A stretch of 64,000 nt of DNA from a virus (lineage: Duplodnaviria; Caudoviricetes), in the IMG/VR virus record IMGVR_UViG_3300027963_000058, positions 27,015 through 91,014 of that record; one strand, written 5' to 3'. The position numbers and the translations under genes were made by a program. Below the pieces are notes generated by a model. The model ran no database searches and had not been told where the DNA came from. It saw nothing but the letters and a program-made list of their open reading frames with translations. Of this stretch, positions 33,101-41,055 are shown in pieces (the stretch's first letter is position 1; each line of letters opens with the position of its first letter).

Positions 33101-34322
33101 TGTTGGTGAGTATGAACATGTATGGATCTGTTCCAGCATCTGTGATTATACCAAGTTTGATTTTAGCTGGCATCCAGAAACATGGCAAAGCACAATGTTA
33201 CATGTGTTCGCTTCGGACAAAGAAAAGTTTGGTGATACATTTTACATGCATGTTCCTACCTTTGCTGAACGTGCTGAAAAGAAAGAGCTATTGGAATGGT
33301 ACAGTGTAAATTATGTGCCACGTAAGAGTGTGCCACGTAGACCTTTACCAGTGATCGAGCATGATTTTGACACACACGTTGAAGCCATTAAAACTGTTGA
33401 TTGGACTGGACCGTTGGCCATATTCTCTACCGGCCAACCTATAACCCAGATACCAACTGTTCCGTTATGGCGAGAACCGACTAAAACTATCGTGCCACTT
33501 AGTGCAGGTGCAAGCAAAGTGATCGTGCCAAAATCAGCAGTTCCTTATGTAAAGACACAGGCATACGATTATCCTTATATTGATCGTACACAAAGACACA
33601 TGTGTACGGATCAACCGTTGGACATAGTGTTTATTGACAATGGTGAACCCACCGCTGAACATAACTACAAACAGTTAAGTGAATCAGCCAGTCTTAGGTG
33701 GATAAATCGCATACATCGTAGCAGTGGCATCAATGGTCGTGTGGCAGCATATCGAGCTGCTGCTGAATTGAGTCAAACTCCGTGGTTCTTTGCTGTGTTT
33801 GCCAAATTACAAGTAGAAAAAAAGTTTGACTGGGCATGGCAACCAGATCGATTACAAGAACCCAAGCACTATATCTTTCATGCATACAATCCTATCACAG
33901 CACTGACTTACGGCCATCAGGCCATAATTGCTTACAATCGTGAATTGGTATTGACAAATACTGCACCAGGACTGGACTTTACACTTGATCAAGCACACGA
34001 AGTAGTTCCTGTGCTGTCGGGCGTAGCCATGTACAACGACTCAGCCTGGATGGCCTGGCGCACAGCCTTCAGAGAATGCGTTAAACTAAAACACAGTTTA
34101 CCCGATGTAGAAAACGAATACCGTCTCAGTCAGTGGTTATCAAACACCCGTACTTTCAGGAGTCTATTACAAAACAGCGAGTGGAGTGTGCGTGGCGCCG
34201 AAGACGCAGTTGAATACTACGAACAGGTCAATGGGGATTTTGTTGAGTTGAAAAAGAGCTACGACTGGGCCTGGTTGGCTAGCTATGCTTTTCTAAAGAG
34301 AAATCTAACACCTGATCAATAA
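30135..34322 (+). CDS. 1395-aa Trp/Pro-rich tandem-repeat protein with C-terminal GT-A-like domain
   Basis: About 13 repeats of ~62-65 aa (W-x-P-D-P-x2-P-P-Y-I-Y-x-F..PGATE.KY). C-terminus is homologous to the 12333 protein (AWRTAFRECVK vs AWRAGFREGVK). Confidence 0.85.
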   Translation: MFDIFYSGIKPNMFVHEREALDIEHAKSLSRTRYFWWITYLADYTGWDFLWEPSPWQANQRHAWLDQYHVDAGLYLVPTAGYNDTHYHTDQRVHRLPNIDFWHVPVWIDPASINYRWAPNSTDPPYIYEFPVEWDWDRVGGPEYRIPGATERKYVDVFVACTQSDRGNWQVHDAVDSNDPVFRWHPNPLDPAMIYVFGNQWWPAEVRASVEYHVPGATVKKYMTDIRTVRLPDPGKFTCLYPCEFDWSWEPDPGDPPYIYVFGNQWWPAEKMPTVEYHAAGATERKFMDQPATLLGDQTNWQVLADVDALSIDYSWQPDPGDPPYIYEFATQWQPNGGARYVVPGATEVKYIDIQHHRIDDPTHWQIPVEIDATTVDTSWHPDATEQPYIYEFATQWQPNGGARYVVPGATEVKYIDIQHTRLGDPMHWQIPAEVDVATVDTSWHPDATEQPYIYEFATQWQPNGGAVYHVPGATERKYVAIQHGRLPNEQAFKKLESIQGFDYSWHPDNTEPPYNYVFGNQHWPGTEMPTVVYEMTGAEQTKFVDGPVAKLARCMDHWKLCEDIDQDEWDWTWRPNPQDPAYIYVWGNQWNPPEFKTSVQYTVPGATEVKYQDRRTRRLPQPKLFKHNLTVSMFDYSWEPNPFDPPMTYVFGNQWNSAVLEPTVIYPAGGNEIKYVDDIVATVAQDIAAWKLLDKIEEFDYSWRPDPTDPPYIYVFGNQWLTPEQRPALQYRVAGATDIKYMEYPRARRRGDKLRFVRHYPVTFDWSWEPDPGSPPYNYVFGNQYYSAEVMPTVEYHMPGATERKYMDIGAALLPNHDNCWHTIVNCAWDYTWRPEPGSPAYVYVFGNQWWPAEKMPTVEYHMPGATERKYMSGPVAQLPVDMTQWHVPEYVDITDMDFSWVPDPGEPPYIYQFATQHQKTGGPQYRMIGGTEFKYVDMMRAEVKQEAAPIFEIDHLDGNAGQIEGVVRKVRYFDNYRDTLIRLAKSLVGEYEHVWICSSICDYTKFDFSWHPETWQSTMLHVFASDKEKFGDTFYMHVPTFAERAEKKELLEWYSVNYVPRKSVPRRPLPVIEHDFDTHVEAIKTVDWTGPLAIFSTGQPITQIPTVPLWREPTKTIVPLSAGASKVIVPKSAVPYVKTQAYDYPYIDRTQRHMCTDQPLDIVFIDNGEPTAEHNYKQLSESASLRWINRIHRSSGINGRVAAYRAAAELSQTPWFFAVFAKLQVEKKFDWAWQPDRLQEPKHYIFHAYNPITALTYGHQAIIAYNRELVLTNTAPGLDFTLDQAHEVVPVLSGVAMYNDSAWMAWRTAFRECVKLKHSLPDVENEYRLSQWLSNTRTFRSLLQNSEWSVRGAEDAVEYYEQVNGDFVELKKSYDWAWLASYAFLKRNLTPDQ
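31075..31570 (+). repeat. 192-bp period tandem DNA repeats inside the repeat protein
   Basis: CATYTAYGARTTTGCYACACAATGGCAACCCAAYGGTGGTGCT at 31109, 31301 and 31493. Confidence 0.9.
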
Positions 34323-35427
34323 CGTATTCTACTTCTAGATCAGTCAGCTCAGGATATAGCGGCAGGCTCAAACAGCGACGACTTAAAGCACTAGATCCTG
34401 ACAGGATATCTGGTCCAGGACATTTCTGATACACTGGCATTTCGTGCAAGGGCTGAGCATAATGAATGCGTGTTTCAATTTTGTGTAGATCAAGATGTTG
34501 CTTGAGCATATCTCTACAGTCCGCATCAACTACAAATTTATGATAGGCATGTGTGCTGTAGTTGGTTTCGTCTATGAGACTGCGTATGCCAGAACCTTTG
34601 AGTCGATCCATCCAGTAACGCACTATCACACTACGCCGCTTCTGCCATGCATCAATGTAGCGACTTTTAACCAGCATCTGGGCACAATCTATTTCACTCA
34701 TCCTGCTATTGCTACCAGTCAGTCCATGATCGGGCTTGCCATTGTCTCGCCACCCACGTGCAAACTCTAACAGATTTAAATTGTCAGTTACTACAGCACC
34801 GCCATTGCCATAGTTGCCAAGATTCTTCATAGGGTCAAAGCTAAGAGCCGCGGCCAATCCTGTGCGGTTGCCGTTGTCGCTCAGCCAATGTTGGGCCGCA
34901 TCTTCAACAACAGTGCCCATGCCTTTGAGATTTTTTACACGCCCACTAGACACACTTGAACCAAACATGCCAACCTGTACTATGATCTGGTAGCTGATAG
35001 TGTTATCAATTTTTTCATAATCGGCCATGCCGTGGAAATTGGTATCTAATAATACAACCTCGTATCCAGCTCTAGTGAAGGCATTGGCCGTGGCCGCATA
35101 GGTAAAGCTGGGGATTAGAGCTCTTGGTGGAACTGGTACAGGGTGGATATACTTGCGACCAAACTCGGCTATGATTTCTAAAGCCTGTGTGCCCGAGTGG
35201 CATGTGACAGCATACTTGACATGATTTCGGCGTGCCAACCAATTTTCAAACTCAGCTGTGTAATTGCCGTTCATGAGCTGGCCCGATCTTAATACTTCAT
35301 CGGTTGCATCAAGTATCTCGTTACGGATCGTGCTATACTGTTTTTTTATTCCGGTAAAAGGAATTGTTAAGCCACTGGAAGTAATTTTCAAATCCTTTTT
35401 CGATGTCAATTGTGGGGTTGAAAGCAA
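34279..35427 (-). CDS. DegT/DnrJ/EryC1/StrS PLP-dependent sugar aminotransferase (start uncertain, possibly TTG at 35391)
   Basis: SGTQAL, EDAAQ, SFDPMKNL (PLP lysine), GNGGAV, NSRMSE, LSLPLYP. Confidence 0.92.
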   Translation of the reverse strand: MLSTPQLTSKKDLKITSSGLTIPFTGIKKQYSTIRNEILDATDEVLRSGQLMNGNYTAEFENWLARRNHVKYAVTCHSGTQALEIIAEFGRKYIHPVPVPPRALIPSFTYAATANAFTRAGYEVVLLDTNFHGMADYEKIDNTISYQIIVQVGMFGSSVSSGRVKNLKGMGTVVEDAAQHWLSDNGNRTGLAAALSFDPMKNLGNYGNGGAVVTDNLNLLEFARGWRDNGKPDHGLTGSNSRMSEIDCAQMLVKSRYIDAWQKRRSVIVRYWMDRLKGSGIRSLIDETNYSTHAYHKFVVDADCRDMLKQHLDLHKIETRIHYAQPLHEMPVYQKCPGPDILSGSSALSRRCLSLPLYPELTDLEVEYVIDQVLDFSLEKHS

Positions 35428-36313
35428 AATCTTTTGTTGCTGCAGATATATTTAACTGCCCACGAACCGGGAACTCTCGATCTCGCGTGTTGATCTGTAT
35501 AGAACCAGTACCAGCAATGGCCACGGCTAACTCAGCCGCTTCCAGTAGTCCACGGCTTGTGCCTCGCGTGATATTATAAGTGCTATTACCAGCAAGTTCG
35601 CTTAAGGTGGCTTGCGTTATGCCTTGTGCTACATCATCCACATGTGTGAAATCCAAGTATTCATTGGATCCATTTACCTGTATCTCTCCGCCACGCATGG
35701 CTGCGAGAAGAAACCGTGATACCACACGATCTTCTACATCTCTTGGTCCGTATACTGCGCTGGGTCTCAATATAGTGTAGTCAGATCCAGTCCTGGCAGC
35801 ATAGTCTCGCACCAACCATTCGCCGGCCAATTTCATGATACCGTATTGTCCAATTGGACGACACTGAGCTGATTCATGTAGTCCACTAACATGTTCTTCT
35901 TTGAAATCACCATACACCATGCTTGAACTCACATAAACAAATCTTGACACCTGGTTCTCTTTGCAGGCTTCTAGTAGACTTAGTAGGCCTTCACTCATGG
36001 TTCTGCTACCTAGTGCTGGATTGCTATTGACCACTTTTTGTCTGGGGAAACTGGCAAGATGGATCACAGCTTCAGGTCGGTGAACTCGCATCATCCAGGT
36101 CATACTAGCTTGGTCAGCTACGTCGACCCGATAAATCCTGTCTGTTTTAATGTATTCTCTACGTTCTAGGATCAAGGATTCAAGTTCATCTCGAGGTACA
36201 ATACCATAGTCAGTTTGTGTATCTGTTATGAAGATTTCGTGTCCTTGTGCTTCTAACATGTGCACCACACGATGGCCTATAAAGCCAAGTCCTCCGGTTA
36301 CTAGTATTTTCAT
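35333..36313 (-). CDS. NAD-dependent epimerase/dehydratase (extended SDR)
   Basis: ILVTGGLGFIG, HLA, SSSMVYG, YGIMK (YxxxK), VYGP, DFTHVDD. Confidence 0.93.
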   Translation of the reverse strand: MKILVTGGLGFIGHRVVHMLEAQGHEIFITDTQTDYGIVPRDELESLILERREYIKTDRIYRVDVADQASMTWMMRVHRPEAVIHLASFPRQKVVNSNPALGSRTMSEGLLSLLEACKENQVSRFVYVSSSMVYGDFKEEHVSGLHESAQCRPIGQYGIMKLAGEWLVRDYAARTGSDYTILRPSAVYGPRDVEDRVVSRFLLAAMRGGEIQVNGSNEYLDFTHVDDVAQGITQATLSELAGNSTYNITRGTSRGLLEAAELAVAIAGTGSIQINTRDREFPVRGQLNISAATKDFAFNPTIDIEKGFENYFQWLNNSFYRNKKTV

Positions 36314-36552
36314 TTGCCCCACTTTAGTTTAAGATATGTACAGTCCCGATCTTCAAGCTCGCCGACAATAGTAACACGAAAACCCCATGCACCAGGATCT
36401 GCGTTACAATGAAATATAGGTTCGCCTACAGCATGTTCCATGCACCACTTGCCGTGTTCGGTCTTTTGCCATTCACTGATGGGAAAGGCTGCGTATAGGT
36501 AAGGATCCTCGACATCGCCCATGGTAAACGTATGGAATGTAATTTTTTGCAT
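36310..36552 (-). CDS. Small hypothetical protein (C-terminal LKW family)
   Basis: 80 aa; TTGCAA-N17-TATAAT promoter at 36559-36587. Confidence 0.7.
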   Translation of the reverse strand: MQKITFHTFTMGDVEDPYLYAAFPISEWQKTEHGKWCMEHAVGEPIFHCNADPGAWGFRVTIVGELEDRDCTYLKLKWGK

Positions 36553-36570
36553 ACAGTTATTATAACACTT

Positions 36571-37245
36571 TTACGAGTTTGTTGCAACTAAATCGGAGGC
36601 CATTGGAAAGATTGTGGCAATAACTCCTGCACAGGCCTGCGCTACCAGTTGATGTTCGCGTTGGGTACCGTTTGCTGATCGCAATTCGATGAAATGAATC
36701 CAGCTTCTCAGCGTACCGTGCATGTACAAACGACTTTCGATAAGCCCTTCTGGTAACACAGCACGAGCTTGTTCTTTGGCTATGCCGTTAGCGATAGCCC
36801 ATTCGTATTCGCGTCGAGCGGCATAAATGACTCGTTGTTGAGCTCGGAACCAATCATTTTGTAACGCTGTATCCAGGACTGGCACACTATTTTGTCTATT
36901 TGTGGTGTCTTGGAGTCGGGCTTCTCGTGTGACAAAATTGAGATCTTGCGTTGGGTCAGCATAGCGTTGAGAGAATTCTTGGAAGCTGAAACTTCTGTGT
37001 CTAAGGATTTGTCGGGCGATGTCTCGAGTAGTTGTAATTTCCAAACAGGCTGACACCATTTCAAGTGGGCTCCAATGTTGGTGCTTGATAAGATATTTAA
37101 TAAGTCGTTCACTGGTATCGCTATTGAGTTGATTGGCCGGATTGCTTACTCTAGCACAAAACGCCACCAGCTCTTGTACATCAATCAAGCCCCACTCGCG
37201 TGTTTCGGTAGTGGGTTGACTGTGTGATATGAGTCGAACATTCAT
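36571..37245 (-). CDS. thyX: FAD-dependent thymidylate synthase
   Basis: HWSPLE, RHRSFSFQEFSQRY signature, EQARAVLP. Confidence 0.96.
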   Translation of the reverse strand: MNVRLISHSQPTTETREWGLIDVQELVAFCARVSNPANQLNSDTSERLIKYLIKHQHWSPLEMVSACLEITTTRDIARQILRHRSFSFQEFSQRYADPTQDLNFVTREARLQDTTNRQNSVPVLDTALQNDWFRAQQRVIYAARREYEWAIANGIAKEQARAVLPEGLIESRLYMHGTLRSWIHFIELRSANGTQREHQLVAQACAGVIATIFPMASDLVATNS

Positions 37246-37997
37246 TATAATCCTTGGTTAATACTAATGCAATTACTATTTGTATAGTCTAAAATCAAAT
37301 TTTTATTATCTAAAATCCACTCGTTAATAACAGGTTTTTCAAAATTATAAAACACATCATCTGGAGCTTCATGATTGTTATTTTGTAAAAAGGACAATGC
37401 CCATATTTTAAATAATTTGTGTTGGAAATTTATGCTAAACTTTATAGGTTTACAGGTCTCTTTATAATTTTCCAATGTAGTTAAAAACTGATTAAAGTTA
37501 CGATAATTTTTTATCTGATTGTTTTCTAGAAATTCGCAAATCTTGGTCCAAACTTGTTGTGGATTGTAAAATAAATTTTGCCAATCAATTTGGAACTTTC
37601 CAGGACAGTTATACTCTTGTATAAATCGGCACTGATCGATCAACCAAAAAAAATCATCTTTTAAATCAATATATTGGTTATGCGGTGCAGTGACAATTCT
37701 TGTGTGTCTAAATTTTTTATAATATACTTGGTGGCTAAATCTTTTATAATCTAGCTCGCGTATTACTTTTTTGTGAGCATAAATTCTCCAAAAATTATAT
37801 TTGTAATTACCGTTACCAATGGACAAGATGTTATCCGCAAGATCAAACTGATGAAAAATTTTTATTTTTTGACTTTGATTATAAAAATTAATTTTACGGT
37901 ATTGCCAGATTGCATGTGGTGTTGTACAGTAATGTAATAAACAAGCTAACCACATTCCACCAGAACCTTGTGGGTATGAAATTTTAATATCCATCAC
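37245..37997 (-). CDS. AT-rich hypothetical protein, possibly sulfotransferase-like
   Basis: N-terminal ISYPQGSGGMWL; visibly more AT-rich than the flanks. Confidence 0.55.
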   Translation of the reverse strand: MMDIKISYPQGSGGMWLACLLHYCTTPHAIWQYRKINFYNQSQKIKIFHQFDLADNILSIGNGNYKYNFWRIYAHKKVIRELDYKRFSHQVYYKKFRHTRIVTAPHNQYIDLKDDFFWLIDQCRFIQEYNCPGKFQIDWQNLFYNPQQVWTKICEFLENNQIKNYRNFNQFLTTLENYKETCKPIKFSINFQHKLFKIWALSFLQNNNHEAPDDVFYNFEKPVINEWILDNKNLILDYTNSNCISINQGL

Positions 37998-38001
37998 ATT
38001 T

Positions 38002-38304
38002 TTATAGTTTGCCTAACAGCTTGTCGGTTTCGGGTTGTACCATGTTGGCCACAGCCGATATATCCACTACAAAATCCACATCGCGGATCACAGCATCTAG
38101 TTCGTTGAAGGTACGGGTTAGCACACTTTCAACGTCTTCCAGACTGAGTCCTTGCTTTCTCAAAGAATGTATGTTGATGGTTTTTTGCTTGCCACCGGTC
38201 ATTTTGATCACGACTTTTTTGATACACTCTAAGGGAACATCAGTTTTACTGACATCGTTGATTATGAGTTCCCACTGGTGTAAAAAATCATCCGTGGGTT
38301 GCAT
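38002..38304 (-). CDS. Hypothetical protein
   Basis: Coupled ORF starting MQPTDD. Confidence 0.7.
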   Translation of the reverse strand: MQPTDDFLHQWELIINDVSKTDVPLECIKKVVIKMTGGKQKTINIHSLRKQGLSLEDVESVLTRTFNELDAVIRDVDFVVDISAVANMVQPETDKLLGKL

Positions 38305-39040
38305 CTGCCACCACAGTCTTTGGTTTGTTAGGACCACGAGTGCGTTTGGCTTTAACTGTCTCTACACTCTCGACAACTGGGGCTGGTGCAACTTTTGCCG
38401 TCACATAAGGATCCATGCGTTCTGCATCCTTTTTCATTCTGGCAGCTTCGGCAGCCATGGCCTTGGCTTCATTCTCCATGCGCTTGGCCTGTGCCAACAT
38501 GTTGGCCGCAATATCTCTATCGCTCAAGGCGCTATCATTGCCAGCGATAAATGGTGCTGTGGCCGGTGTAGCAACAGTCTTTTGAGCTTGAGATTTTTTG
38601 AATTCAGCTTCGGCAGCACGTTTGACCTGTGGCTCAACCATGCCACGGCTGGCATCATTCTCGGCCATGCGTTTGACAGCATCAGCGCCTTGCTTCATTT
38701 CATTCAACATCTTGTTTAATTCATCTAAGCGGATCTTGCTGGCCGTATTGGGAGTCATGACTACATCAGCACAACGTATTTTTTTAATCATGCGCTCTTG
38801 ATGTAAGGTTTCCAGGATAGGACGACCGTCTGGCAAATAACTTCGATGTAGGGCATCAGCAAACTCTTCGCCTTGTTGTGCCATGTCACTTTCAAGAACC
38901 TTTTGGATAGCATCTTGCCAGTGTGCATGTATCTGGTCAGGATAGATGATCAAGCACATGTGGTCTTCACCGGGTACCTGTCTAAACAACACACAGACTC
39001 TACGGTCTCCGTGTTTGCCTACAAATTTTGTAAATGCCAT
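38288..39040 (-). CDS. Hypothetical protein with coiled-coil C-terminus
   Basis: AAGGAG RBS before MAFTKF. Confidence 0.75.
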   Translation of the reverse strand: MAFTKFVGKHGDRRVCVLFRQVPGEDHMCLIIYPDQIHAHWQDAIQKVLESDMAQQGEEFADALHRSYLPDGRPILETLHQERMIKKIRCADVVMTPNTASKIRLDELNKMLNEMKQGADAVKRMAENDASRGMVEPQVKRAAEAEFKKSQAQKTVATPATAPFIAGNDSALSDRDIAANMLAQAKRMENEAKAMAAEAARMKKDAERMDPYVTAKVAPAPVVESVETVKAKRTRGPNKPKTVVADATHG

Positions 39041-39041
39041 T

Positions 39042-39257
39042 TTATTCTCCTTGGGGTTCTGCAGATTCTGCATCTGCGAATGGTTGTTGCGCCTTTGCAT
39101 TGGCTATTACTGCATCTAAAAAATTCTTTAGTTTGTTATAGACAATGCCAATTTCTTGTAATTCTTCACCGCGGAATGCACCACGGCTACTGGCCAGATC
39201 GATGATATTTTTTATGGTATCAAGATCAGCAATTGATATTTGATTTGTATTTTCCAT
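39042..39257 (-). CDS. Hypothetical protein
   Basis: 71 aa (SRGAFRGEE); TAAATA box 5 nt upstream. Confidence 0.7.
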   Translation of the reverse strand: MENTNQISIADLDTIKNIIDLASSRGAFRGEELQEIGIVYNKLKNFLDAVIANAKAQQPFADAESAEPQGE

Positions 39258-39442
39258 GTAGATATTTAACAGTAAATATTCCGCACAGAATATTTTCTAG
39301 CAGTTAAACCAGGAGAATCCCACCATTTTGGCTAAACTGATCAGCCATAAATCCAGGTAATCAACCAGATCACAGCAGGTGTTATGATAAAGGCTATGAT
39401 AAACATCAAGGTTCCGTCATCGGGGCTGTTCATGTTGTTCTC

Positions 39443-39604
39443 CTAATGGGTGGGTTGTAGCAGTTCGCATTCAACTTGCCAATTGACAAATTGACTTTGT
39501 GTTTCTACTGGAAAGCCTTGTGCCACAGCCTGTTTGACAAAATGCAATAGCAAGGCATTGTATAAATCATCCGGCATGGTATCTCGTTCAAACTTGATTT
39601 TCAT
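39443..39604 (-). CDS. 53-aa hypothetical protein (not in track)
   Basis: MKIKFERDTMPDDLYNALL...; ATGA coupling. Confidence 0.55.
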   Translation of the reverse strand: MKIKFERDTMPDDLYNALLLHFVKQAVAQGFPVETQSQFVNWQVECELLQPTH

Positions 39605-39720
39605 TTTATCTTGTTTCCAATGTTACGTTTAGAAAAATCACACAAGGGATGATATCCCATTTTGTAGCAGGCACAATGCTGACCCAGTAACCATCGGGCA
39701 ATGGCAATCCTGATACGCAT
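39601..39720 (-). CDS. 39-aa hypothetical protein (not in track)
   Basis: MRIRIAIARWLLGQHCAC...; coupled on both sides. Confidence 0.5.
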   Translation of the reverse strand: MRIRIAIARWLLGQHCACYKMGYHPLCDFSKRNIGNKIK

Positions 39721-39914
39721 CATTCTTCAATTCCAAAATGTTCTTTGATCATGTCACCAGTACCAGCACAATTCCCTGTTGCATTGATACATTCTCGTAC
39801 AATCAACTCAGCAAACTTTTCTATGGCCTCATGATCATAGCTGTCCATTTCATCCCAACAGCCTTGCGCTGTGAGTCCTGCTTGATACATAAGTTCTTCA
39901 AGTCGGTTGTTCAT
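39720..39914 (-). CDS. Small phage protein (EKFAELIV family)
   Basis: EKFAELIVREC..IKEHFGIEE. Confidence 0.75.
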   Translation of the reverse strand: MNNRLEELMYQAGLTAQGCWDEMDSYDHEAIEKFAELIVRECINATGNCAGTGDMIKEHFGIEE

Positions 39915-40135
39915 TCTTTAACTCCAAAATTTTGTTTAATCTCGTCCGCAATCATACGTCCATACCAAGCAGGATGTTCCGCACAAGTCTTTAACATTTC
40001 TTGAACAATCAACTCGGCAAACTTTTCAAATAAGTTATTTAAGAATAGTTCTTTATCTTTCAGATCGGGTAAGGGTCGCTTTGATGTGGCGTAATTTATA
40101 GCCTGTTCACTAAATTGTTTAATCTGTTCGTTCAT
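39911..40135 (-). CDS. Small phage protein (EKFAELIV family paralog)
   Basis: EKFAELIVQEM..IKQNFGVKE. Confidence 0.75.
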   Translation of the reverse strand: MNEQIKQFSEQAINYATSKRPLPDLKDKELFLNNLFEKFAELIVQEMLKTCAEHPAWYGRMIADEIKQNFGVKE

Positions 40136-40349
40136 ATTCGTGATCCTCAAAGTGTTTTATGATTGCGTTCATGACTGCTACACCTTGATCGTCGCTTAGT
40201 TCGGGGCAATTACGAGCCACTTCCGCACAGGCCGTGACCACTGCTATACCATACCTAGTGCTCTGTTGTCGCCATAGCTCACTGCTGTGGATACTGAATC
40301 CAGTACCTAACGCTATTCGATCAATCAAGCGATTTGAGCATGGATTCAT
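40119..40349 (-). CDS. Small hypothetical protein
   Basis: Coupled ORF ending IIKHFE, like its neighbours. Confidence 0.6.
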   Translation of the reverse strand: MNPCSNRLIDRIALGTGFSIHSSELWRQQSTRYGIAVVTACAEVARNCPELSDDQGVAVMNAIIKHFEDHEYERTD

Positions 40350-40663
40350 AATGTTACAGACACAGGTACGATTTCCATTGTTCCCATATTTCTTTCTTCA
40401 AGTTCTTTTTTGTAACCTTCAAACACTCCGGCAGTATACGCACTCATACCTTCGGCACTTTTATAGCACTGGTACACTGACCCAGAATATCCAACCACAT
40501 CATAATATTCACCTTGATCAATCACTTGAGTGATACCTGAGTTCATTCTCCATGAATCAGAACCAAGATACCCGCCGTACCACGAACCCAATACCTTGTG
40601 TAAGCGACCTTGGTCACTGTTGATTTCTACTATGACCCAACGGTCTGGTGTGTAGTTACTCAT
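40346..40663 (-). CDS. Hypothetical phage protein
   Basis: YTPDRWV..WYGGYLGSDSWRMNSGI. Confidence 0.75.
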   Translation of the reverse strand: MSNYTPDRWVIVEINSDQGRLHKVLGSWYGGYLGSDSWRMNSGITQVIDQGEYYDVVGYSGSVYQCYKSAEGMSAYTAGVFEGYKKELEERNMGTMEIVPVSVTL

Positions 40664-41055
40664 TTTGTTTCCTTTGCTAGTTGTCGATATCCTGTTGCAG
40701 TTGGATGCACACGATCTGGACTGAGTTGCGTGATAGGCAACACAGTATCACCCCAATCAAGTGCTATCTGTCGTATTAATTGTTGCATAGACACATTGTT
40801 GGCTGGCAAGATCCAGAACACTCGATCTGAATGTGCATTGGCTCTGATAGCTCTAAGTTCCAGTTCGCTTTTGACTGCAGGTGAATCGTTTGATCCTAAA
40901 CTGATGATCACACTGTGAGCATTCAACTCCTGGCTACCCCATCGGCGATTCCATTGTGCTGATGTCCACCCATACCGTGCTATACCCAAGCATTCAGGTC
41001 GGTATTGGGCCACACCCTGCGCGATGCTGTCGCCTATGATGGCACATTCAATCAT
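40660..41055 (-). CDS. SGNH/GDSL hydrolase-like protein
   Basis: GDSI block I, GSND block III, DRVHP block V. Confidence 0.8.
   Translation of the reverse strand: MIECAIIGDSIAQGVAQYRPECLGIARYGWTSAQWNRRWGSQELNAHSVIISLGSNDSPAVKSELELRAIRANAHSDRVFWILPANNVSMQQLIRQIALDWGDTVLPITQLSPDRVHPTATGYRQLAKETK

Noticed and set aside
38009-38719. 236-aa plus-strand ORF
   Set aside because: Antisense shadow of two well-formed minus-strand genes; no RBS or recognisable motifs
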